Source of the DNA: Planctomycetota bacterium
GTDB lineage: Bacteria > Planctomycetota > UBA1135 > UBA2386
NCBI GenBank assembly: GCA_947501605.1
Contig: CANMWZ010000001.1
Span: 300,297-364,296 of the forward strand
Reading direction: 5' to 3'
DNA: 64,000 bases
The notes beneath the pieces were generated by a model. It had not been told where the DNA came from. It searched no databases and saw nothing but the letters and a program-made list of their open reading frames with translations. This document shows positions 48,651 through 56,301 of this stretch, piece by piece. The number at the start of each line of letters is the position of its first letter. Position 1 is the first letter of the stretch. Position numbers and translations under genes: made by a program.

Positions 48651-49200
48651 ACCTGCTTGACGCAGGCCACTTCTCCTCATAACCGCGACCTGCGCCTGAC
48701 ACCGTGAACACGTTCGCCGACCCGATGACTCCAGTAGCACCACCAACCAGAGGTCGAATCGACGGCGCGTTCCCGGCTTGCAGAGCCGACGGACGTGCTT
48801 CGACTACACGGGGGGGGTCGCCCCCCTGGCCGATCCCAGGCTCGCCAGTCACTCGAACATGCGGATCCGATTACCGGACGCCTGCCCGAGCGACCTTCTG
48901 CCGAAGGCTCGCTCCCGATCACGAACATCGCCGGGTAGGCACAGGCGTTCGAGAGTACGCCTCTGCCCGGATAACCCGGACGACACTCCCGCTTGGCAAC
49001 TGCCGCAAAGCAGCACCGCGCGGAGATACGAAGGTTGCCTGCCTCGAACTGCACGACCGCAACGCCAGATGGCGACGGCTCGACCGCGGCAAAGCGGGAG
49101 CTCGAACGACACCGAGGAAGTGCCGCGGACGATGAAGTGAGGGAGGACATATGAGAACAACAACTCCGGCCGATAGTGGCCGAGAGCGCAGGAAGAACTC
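48622..49200 (-). ncRNA. Candidate large structured non-coding RNA (unassigned; the 3' ~180-nt domain is 6S-like in size)
   Basis: No credible protein on this strand. Nested helices CTCCCGCTT/AAGCGGGAG, CTCGAAC/GTTCGAG, GCCTACCCG/CGGGCAGGC, GAGCGAGCCTTC/GAAGGTCGCTC, and a perfect 15-bp CGAAGCACGTCCGTC/GACGGACGTGCTTCG followed by TTTTTTTGTTT. Confidence 0.6.
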
Positions 49201-49204
49201 TCCG

Positions 49205-49213
49205 AGCATAGCA
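49205..49213 (-). promoter_or_regulatory. Extended -10 promoter (TGCTATGCT) for the candidate ncRNA
   Basis: TGnTATGCT on the minus strand. The TATGCT hexamer also precedes lhr (44138) and the gene starting at 59319. Confidence 0.5.
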
Positions 49214-49414
49214 CGGGCCAAGTCCTTGCGAGCACACACGGGCGCAGCCGCTGCCAGCGCGGCACGCCGCAGAGGCGAACGTTCGACACGGCGCAACGCG
49301 CAACTGCTGTGCGACACCCGATGACATGAGCGCAACCAAGTCAGAGTCTCGATCGCAGACTTCATGGTTGTACGTTCCAGCGCACCTGCCGAAAAAGCAC
49401 CCATACCGCCGCCC

Positions 49415-51025
49415 ATGACCACCGCGCCATCCACCAGCACGCATGAAGCCTCCGTTCGTCTCCTCGGTGCGGTATCCCCCGCACAGAAACGGATCGTCGA
49501 TGACGGCGCGTTGGCGTTCGTCGTCGATCTCGAGCGCCGCTTCGGCAGCCGCCGCCGCGAACTCCTAGCGCTGCGCCAAGAGCGCCAGCGACGCCTCGAT
49601 GCCGGCGACACGCCGGACTTCCTGCCGGGAACTGCAGGCATCCGCAGCGGTGAATGGCAGGTGGCCCCGGTGCCCACGGAGCTGCTCGATCGCCGTATCG
49701 AGATCACCGGGCCCACCGACCGCAAGATGGTCATCAACGCGCTCAACAGTGGCGCGTCGGTGTTCATGGCGGACTTCGAAGATAGCCTCGCACCAACTTG
49801 GCAGAACGTCCTCGACGGCCAACAGAACCTGTTTGACGCCGTGCGCCGCACCATCGGCTTCACCGATGCGGCGACCGGCAAGCAATACGCGCTGTCGACG
49901 ACGCCAGCCGTCTTGTTCGTCCGACCGCGCGGCTGGCACCTCGAAGAGAAGAACCTGGAGATCGATGGTCGCCGCGCCTCGGCGTCGCTGTTCGACTTCG
50001 GCCTGTTCTTCTTCCACAACAGCAAGGAGCAGGTCGCGCGCGGCACAGCGCCGTACTTCTACCTGCCGAAGATGGAGAGTCACCTCGAAGCTCGGCTGTG
50101 GAACGACGTGTTCCGATACGCGCAAGAACGGCTGGGCCTCGCCCAAGGCACGATCAAGGCGACGGTGCTGATCGAGACGATTCTCGCTGCGTTCGAGATG
50201 GACGAAATCCTCTACGAACTGCGGCAGCACAGTGCCGGCCTCAACTGCGGCCGCTGGGATTACATCTTCTCGTTCATCAAGAAGTTCCGCGCCCACCAGG
50301 GGCGCGTGATCCCGGATCGGGCGAGCGTCACGATGACGCAGCACTTCCTCCGCAGCTACAGCCAGTTGCTGATCAAGACCTGCCACCGTCGCGCAGCGTT
50401 CGCGATGGGTGGCATGGCCGCGCAGATCCCGATCAAGAGCAACGCCGCCAAGAACGAGCAGGCGCTCGCCAAAGTCCGCGCCGACAAGAGCCGCGAAGCC
50501 AACGACGGTCACGACGGCACGTGGGTCGCTCACCCGGGTCTCGTCGCAATCGCCCGTGAGGAGTTCGATCGCGTTCTCGGAACGCGGAAGAACCAGCTCG
50601 ACGTGCTGCGTCTCGACGTCGACGTCCGCGCCACCGACCTGCTGCAAGTCCCGGAGGGCAAACTCACCGAGGCTGGGCTGCGCCAGAATCTCGACGTCGG
50701 CATCCAGTACCTCGAGGCCTGGCTCTCCGGCAATGGCTGCGTTCCGCTACACGACCTGATGGAGGACGCGGCGACCGCCGAGATCAGTCGCGTACAGCTC
50801 TGGCAATGGCTGCACCACGGCGCGAGTCTCGACAACGGCCGCCGCGTTGACGCGGCGTTGATTCGGACCACCCTCGCTGAAGTGCTCGCGTCGCTGCAGA
50901 GCACCCTTGGTCCCGCCACCTACGAGAAGCGCAGGTTCGACCTCGCCAGCACGCTCTTCCTCGACATGGTGTTGGGCAAGCAACTGCCCGACTTCCTCAC
51001 GACCGTCGCCTACGAACACATCTGA
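49415..51025 (+). CDS. aceB: Malate synthase A
   Basis: [84 protein letters not shown]. Confidence 0.97.
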   Translation: MTTAPSTSTHEASVRLLGAVSPAQKRIVDDGALAFVVDLERRFGSRRRELLALRQERQRRLDAGDTPDFLPGTAGIRSGEWQVAPVPTELLDRRIEITGPTDRKMVINALNSGASVFMADFEDSLAPTWQNVLDGQQNLFDAVRRTIGFTDAATGKQYALSTTPAVLFVRPRGWHLEEKNLEIDGRRASASLFDFGLFFFHNSKEQVARGTAPYFYLPKMESHLEARLWNDVFRYAQERLGLAQGTIKATVLIETILAAFEMDEILYELRQHSAGLNCGRWDYIFSFIKKFRAHQGRVIPDRASVTMTQHFLRSYSQLLIKTCHRRAAFAMGGMAAQIPIKSNAAKNEQALAKVRADKSREANDGHDGTWVAHPGLVAIAREEFDRVLGTRKNQLDVLRLDVDVRATDLLQVPEGKLTEAGLRQNLDVGIQYLEAWLSGNGCVPLHDLMEDAATAEISRVQLWQWLHHGASLDNGRRVDAALIRTTLAEVLASLQSTLGPATYEKRRFDLASTLFLDMVLGKQLPDFLTTVAYEHI

Positions 51026-51063
51026 ACAACGGGACGTCACCTGTCCCCTACCGCACTGCAACC

Positions 51064-52353
51064 ATGACCAACAGCTACCTTCCGCACCTGCGCGATCTCC
51101 CACAGAACCGGTTCGCTGGCATCCAACGCGATTACACGCCACAGGAGGTCGATCGCTTGCGCGGGTCGATCCGCATCGAGCACACGCTTGCAGCGCATGG
51201 AGCCAATCGCCTGTGGGCGCAACTCCACGGCGAGTCGTACATCGCCGCGCTCGGCGCGCTGACCGGCAACCAAGCGGTTCAGATGGTCAAGGCTGGCCTG
51301 CAGGCCATCTACCTGAGCGGCTGGCAGGTCGCGGCCGACGCGAACCTCTCGGGCCAGATGTACCCGGACCAGAGCCTCTACCCAGCGAACTCGGTGCCGA
51401 ACGTCGTGAAGCGCATCAACCAGGCATTCCAGCGTGCCGACCAGATCGCGCACATGGAGAACGACCACTCGACCAACTGGTTCGTACCGATCGTCGCCGA
51501 CGCAGAAGCAGGCTTCGGCGGACCGCTCAACGCCTTCGAACTGATGAAGCAGATGATCGAGGCTGGCGCCGCCGGTGTGCACTTCGAGGATCAGCTCGCA
51601 AGCGAGAAGAAGTGCGGACACCTCGGGGGCAAAGTCCTGGTCCCGACGCAGTCGTTCGTACGAACGCTCAACGCCGCACGACTCGCGGCCGACGTCTCGG
51701 GAGTCCCGACGGTCCTCGTCGCCCGCACCGACGCGGACGCAGCCGCTCTGCTGACGAGCGACATCGACGAACGTGACACTCCCTTCCTGACCGGCGAACG
51801 CACGTCGGAAGGGTTCTTTGTCACCAAGCCAGGCATCGACCAGGCGATTGCGCGTGGTCTCGCCTACGCCCCGTACGCGGACATGGTCTGGTGCGAAACC
51901 AGCAAGCCCGACCTCGCCCAAGCCAAGCGCTTTGCCGAGAGCATCAAGAAGCACTTCCCGAACAAGCTGCTCGCCTACAACTGCTCGCCGAGCTTCCACT
52001 GGAAGAAGCACCTCGACGACGCGACCATTGCCATGTTCCAACGCGAACTCGGCGCCATGGGCTACCGCTTCCAGTTCGTCACCTTGGCCGGCTTCCACGC
52101 GCTCAACTCCTCGATGTTCAACCTCGCGCACGACTACGCGCGCCGCGGCATGGCCGCCTACGTCGAGCTGCAGACCGCGGAGTTCGCCGCCGAGTCGAAG
52201 GGCTACACGGCGACGAAGCACCAACGCGAGGTCGGAACCGGCTACTTCGACGCGGTCACGCAAGCCGTGAGCCAGGGCAAGTCGTCGACCACGGCGCTGC
52301 ACGGCTCCACCGAGAGCGAGCAGTTCTCGACCACCGGCAAGAAGCCCTACTGA
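51064..52353 (+). CDS. aceA: Isocitrate lyase
   Basis: [62 protein letters not shown]. Confidence 0.98.
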   Translation: MTNSYLPHLRDLPQNRFAGIQRDYTPQEVDRLRGSIRIEHTLAAHGANRLWAQLHGESYIAALGALTGNQAVQMVKAGLQAIYLSGWQVAADANLSGQMYPDQSLYPANSVPNVVKRINQAFQRADQIAHMENDHSTNWFVPIVADAEAGFGGPLNAFELMKQMIEAGAAGVHFEDQLASEKKCGHLGGKVLVPTQSFVRTLNAARLAADVSGVPTVLVARTDADAAALLTSDIDERDTPFLTGERTSEGFFVTKPGIDQAIARGLAYAPYADMVWCETSKPDLAQAKRFAESIKKHFPNKLLAYNCSPSFHWKKHLDDATIAMFQRELGAMGYRFQFVTLAGFHALNSSMFNLAHDYARRGMAAYVELQTAEFAAESKGYTATKHQREVGTGYFDAVTQAVSQGKSSTTALHGSTESEQFSTTGKKPY

Positions 52354-52380
52354 GTCCCACAGCAGACCCGACTCCACGCG

Positions 52381-52413
52381 GCGAGAGGAACGGGCGTACC
52401 CCGGGCCTCTCGC
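52381..52413. terminator. Hairpin between convergent genes (possible terminator)
   Basis: GCGAGAGG...CCTCTCGC inverted repeat between aceA and the porin gene. No strong U-tract. Confidence 0.4.
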
Positions 52414-52420
52414 TGCGCTT

Positions 52421-54643
52421 TCAGAACCGCTGTTGCCAGTAGACGAACAGCGAGCGCGCATCCCAGTCGCGCAGACCGCCCTCGGCCTCGTAACGCGAGC
52501 AGCGGAACTCGGTCCCCACAGCACTGCGCTCCCCCGCGAGCAACAGGCGCAAGTCGCAGCGCCAATCCAGCGTCGTGACATCGAAGTCACCGCGAGTGTC
52601 GGTCCAGGCACCGGAGAGGTTCCACCGCACGTCGGCCGAAGGCGCGATCTGAAGCCCGCTGGTCACCGTGTTGGTATCACCCTGAAAGCCAACGATCGTG
52701 GGCGCCGGGTTCGGGTCCGGATCGAAGTAGAAGCTCGTGAGCGTGCGCATGTCCGTCCGCGCAAACGTGTAGGTCGCCGACAGGGCAAGTCCGGTGACGA
52801 GATCGAGGCCGGCCGTCAGGCCTGCTGTGATGGCGTCCAGTCGGTGCTGCGCGATGTCGTTCTCGTTGCGGCGATGACGCACGAAGACTGAACTGCGCGC
52901 GCGCTGCCCTTGCACTTGGACGCTAGCGGCAACCTGCCGCGCCCGCTCGGGTGTGAGCTCGTGCAGCAGTGCACCATCCGTCGCATAGTCGCGAATCTCG
53001 GCGCGCGCCGTCCAACCTGCCGCCGGCCGCCAGTGCACGTCCGCCATCACGCCGTCGTCCCGCTGCCGACCACTGCGGTAGGCAAGGGGGTCGAGTGGAT
53101 CCACGTCAGGAACCCGCAACCACTCGCGCGAAAAGCCGTAGCCGACACCTAGGTCGAGCGACTTCGATGCCGCCCATTCCAGCAGCGCATTGCCGTCGAT
53201 CATGCGCTGACCCGTGCGCTGGCTCACGTTCGTCGCCACGACGACCGTCGAAGGCAGAGTGGGATAGACGGTGGTATCCGTCTGTTGCAGTGCAAGGTCC
53301 TCGCCGTGATCGCGCCAGTGCAGGTCGCAGCGCAACCGAAGATCGCGCTCCAACTGCATCGAGCCATCGAGGTCGACCAACCATGTACGGGCGTGGCCAC
53401 CGCCACTCGCGTCGATGTCCGACGTGAACTCCGCGACGTCGAATCCCGTCGTCGTGCCAAAGGCGGTGATGCCACGTTCCCGGTCGAAGTGCCGCACCGA
53501 GGCTTCGACCTGCACTTCGTCGAGGTCGGCCCGGAGCAGCGCGGTGGCGCCAGGGCCACGCAGGCTCGTGCGCGACGTGAAGTTCTCGCTTTCGGTGAAC
53601 AACGGATTGGCCGTTGCCGGCTGCGTGTAGGTCCACGAGTCGCGAGCACTCTCGTCGTGGTAGAGCATTGCCGCGCGAAACGTGAACACGGAACCACGGC
53701 TGCTGAGGCCCAGTTCGGAATCGGTGCCAACTGCGTGGCGCGGGCTATCGACGCCATCGACGTAACTCTGCAGCGACAGGTTCTGGTTGCCGATCCGCTG
53801 CGTCAGCCAGTAGCCATCTTCGTCGAAGCGCTGGAACGAACCGAACAGCGACACATTGTCGTCGATGCGCAGATCGAAACGGGAGAGCATGCGTTCGGAC
53901 TCGCGATCCACGCGGTGGAAATCACCCTCGCCGCGGTATCGATAGCGTCCCTCGTGCCATTCGGCCTCGACCTCACCGACGTCGCGGTCGCGCACGTGCG
54001 CATCGAGGTCGCGCCGCGGGTCCCCGAGGTCGTGCCCGCGGATGCCCACTTCGTCGAGCGCGCTGCTGCTCGACCCCGCACCGGTCGCTTCGAACGTGCG
54101 GACTCGCAAGCCCGAGTGGAGGTCCACATCGGTGGCGTAGCCATCGCGCGAACCATCGACGTCCACGAAGCGGTAGCCGACATCGACCAGTCCCTTCCAC
54201 AGCAACGACGGCCGCTGGTCGCCGCGCTGAAGGGCGCGGACGAGGGCGTCGTCCCCAGCGCGCTGCGGCTGGGACGAACTCGTAGCGGGTGACGCGGCGG
54301 CCAGTCCGTGCGCGGCACGGCTGGTCGGGAACCGGGCGCCTTCGTGGCATTGGCTACAGCTCGCGGCCGCAACCGGAGCCACTGCCAACAACGCCTTGGC
54401 CGCATCACCGCCGCTTGCTCCCCGGCCGGCAGCGCGAACATGGGTCGTGAGGTCGCCGTGACACGCGGCGCAGCCGTGCCCTTCGATCTCACTGTGAATG
54501 GAATGGCGCAGACCCTGCGTCGGACCTGGATGACACACGCGGCAGGACAGGTCCGCCGTAGCGGTGCCCTGCTGCGCGGAGGTGACCCCGGCGACAATGG
54601 CGACAGCGAGCAAGGCTGCACCATGCGATCGCGCCAACTTCAT
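52421..54643 (-). CDS. Outer-membrane beta-barrel (MtrB/PioB-like) with fused N-terminal triheme c domain
   Basis: ATGA overlap with the upstream cytochrome. Signal peptide, then CRVCH, CAACH, CSQCH, then about 590 aa of amphipathic beta strands ending YWQQRF (terminal Phe). Confidence 0.82.
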   Translation of the reverse strand: MKLARSHGAALLAVAIVAGVTSAQQGTATADLSCRVCHPGPTQGLRHSIHSEIEGHGCAACHGDLTTHVRAAGRGASGGDAAKALLAVAPVAAASCSQCHEGARFPTSRAAHGLAAASPATSSSQPQRAGDDALVRALQRGDQRPSLLWKGLVDVGYRFVDVDGSRDGYATDVDLHSGLRVRTFEATGAGSSSSALDEVGIRGHDLGDPRRDLDAHVRDRDVGEVEAEWHEGRYRYRGEGDFHRVDRESERMLSRFDLRIDDNVSLFGSFQRFDEDGYWLTQRIGNQNLSLQSYVDGVDSPRHAVGTDSELGLSSRGSVFTFRAAMLYHDESARDSWTYTQPATANPLFTESENFTSRTSLRGPGATALLRADLDEVQVEASVRHFDRERGITAFGTTTGFDVAEFTSDIDASGGGHARTWLVDLDGSMQLERDLRLRCDLHWRDHGEDLALQQTDTTVYPTLPSTVVVATNVSQRTGQRMIDGNALLEWAASKSLDLGVGYGFSREWLRVPDVDPLDPLAYRSGRQRDDGVMADVHWRPAAGWTARAEIRDYATDGALLHELTPERARQVAASVQVQGQRARSSVFVRHRRNENDIAQHRLDAITAGLTAGLDLVTGLALSATYTFARTDMRTLTSFYFDPDPNPAPTIVGFQGDTNTVTSGLQIAPSADVRWNLSGAWTDTRGDFDVTTLDWRCDLRLLLAGERSAVGTEFRCSRYEAEGGLRDWDARSLFVYWQQRF

Positions 54644-56298
54644 CGGAACAACAACCGTGAATGGTTGCTGCCGTGGATCTCGGTGTGGCACCGAAGGCAG
54701 TTGGTGAAGACCGCGCCCGTGGTCTGATCGTGGAACGCCGGGAAGTCGCCATGACATGCCGTGCAGTTCTGCTGCGACGTCGCCTGCTGCAGCATGCGTC
54801 GATTGGGACTGCCGTGCGGGACATGACAGATGACGCAGCCATCGCGCCGGCCAGCTTGGTGCGCGAATACAAAAGGCCCGGCATAGCGCGGATGGCACCC
54901 GGCGCAGGACCGCTCGCGCAGGTCCAGATCGCGTACGCGAACACGCTGGCCATGCACGTCATGGCACGAACTGCAACCCATGCGGCCCTCGGGCACGGGA
55001 TGGTGGTTTGGCAGCGCGAACTCGGCGGCGACGCCGGGATGACAGTTGGCGCAGGTGCGCTCGGCGTCTTGCGCCGTACGAATGGACTCGGCACCGTGCA
55101 GCGGCCCGTGACAATCGGTGCATGCGACCTCGGCGCGTTGGTGCACACCGTGCTCGACTCGCGCGAGCTTTGCTTCGCTGCCATGGCAGGCAAGGCACGT
55201 ATCGGCCTGCTGCGCGGCGTTCTCGCCACCGCTCCGCGAAACGAGCGCGCGCGCACCGCTGCGTCGTGCATGCGCTTGCCCCCCCGCGTGGCATGACCCA
55301 CAGCCTGCCTCGAGCACGAGGTCGAGACCGCCGAGACTCGCATGCGTCGAACCAGGCATCGTGCATAGCGCCGGAACATGGCACTGGGCACATAGGCGGT
55401 TGGTCTCGGCCGGAGCCTGCAGCGGGACGGCATCCACCGCGCGCTGCTCGTCGGCGTAGCGCGCAACGTGCACGCGGTGGCAGGTCGTGCACGTGGCGCT
55501 TCTGGAGACGTGCTCGGGCATCCCCTGCCGCCAATGAAACCTCGTCGGATCCACCTCGACGTGGCACTGGCGACACGTAGCGACACCGTCATCCGCGTGA
55601 TCAGGCCGCGTGATCAGACCGGCGCGGCCGTTACTGGCGACGTGGGCCGCGCCATCGCCATGGCAGGTTTCGCACCCGTCCTGCGCATGGCTCGCCTGCA
55701 GACGGGCGTGGCCGCCAGACGCCAACAGCGCATCGCGCAGTGGATGGCAGGCGATGCAGGAAGCACTGCCAGCGGGCTCACTGCGCAGTTCGGCATCCGC
55801 GCGCGAGCGAAATGCCGGCGTAGCCGTCGCCGACGGATTCACCACTCGATGGATCTCGTGGCAATCCGTGCACGACTTGCCCGCGTAGCGAAGGCCTTCG
55901 ATGTCACCGCCATGCGCCGCGATGTGGTCCCGATGGCACGACGCGCACAACTCCTCCTGCTGTGCCGACGGCAGCTTCGGCGGCATCGTCACCAGCGCCA
56001 GATCCTGGCCGTCGTCGTCGGCGTGCGCGCGGCCCGGCCCATGGCACGTCTCGCAACCGTGCAACTCGGCGAGCGACAACACCTTCCCGTGCGGGTTCTG
56101 CACCAGCTTTCGCTTCTGCGGAGCATGACAACGGGCGCACTCTGCCTCGCCGACAAATGCGCCCGGTCGCAGCAACGGCGCGGTCTCGTCCTGCGCGGAC
56201 AACACGCTCGCTAGCGATGCAAACCAGATGACAACCGCGAGCCACACGCGTGCAGCGATGGGTAGTGGCGTTGCTGCGAGCCTTGTCGGTCTTGCCAT
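54640..56298 (-). CDS. 18-heme periplasmic c-type cytochrome, extended MtrA/DmsE family
   Basis: Signal peptide and 18 CxxCH motifs counted. DmsE/MtrA-like motifs CETCHGPG, GPFVFAH, CHVPHGS, CLRCHTEIHGSN. Confidence 0.92.
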   Translation of the reverse strand: MARPTRLAATPLPIAARVWLAVVIWFASLASVLSAQDETAPLLRPGAFVGEAECARCHAPQKRKLVQNPHGKVLSLAELHGCETCHGPGRAHADDDGQDLALVTMPPKLPSAQQEELCASCHRDHIAAHGGDIEGLRYAGKSCTDCHEIHRVVNPSATATPAFRSRADAELRSEPAGSASCIACHPLRDALLASGGHARLQASHAQDGCETCHGDGAAHVASNGRAGLITRPDHADDGVATCRQCHVEVDPTRFHWRQGMPEHVSRSATCTTCHRVHVARYADEQRAVDAVPLQAPAETNRLCAQCHVPALCTMPGSTHASLGGLDLVLEAGCGSCHAGGQAHARRSGARALVSRSGGENAAQQADTCLACHGSEAKLARVEHGVHQRAEVACTDCHGPLHGAESIRTAQDAERTCANCHPGVAAEFALPNHHPVPEGRMGCSSCHDVHGQRVRVRDLDLRERSCAGCHPRYAGPFVFAHQAGRRDGCVICHVPHGSPNRRMLQQATSQQNCTACHGDFPAFHDQTTGAVFTNCLRCHTEIHGSNHSRLLFR

Positions 56299-56301
56299 GA
56301 C

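Noticed and set aside
48622..49200. Identification as RNase P RNA, tmRNA, SRP RNA, group II intron or cobalamin/c-di-GMP riboswitch
   Set aside because: GAGGAAGTGCC (49114) only loosely resembles the RNase P GAGGAAAGTCC and the matching 3' motif is absent. There are no tRNA-like ends, no SRP GGAA loop motif, no domain V and no B12 box.
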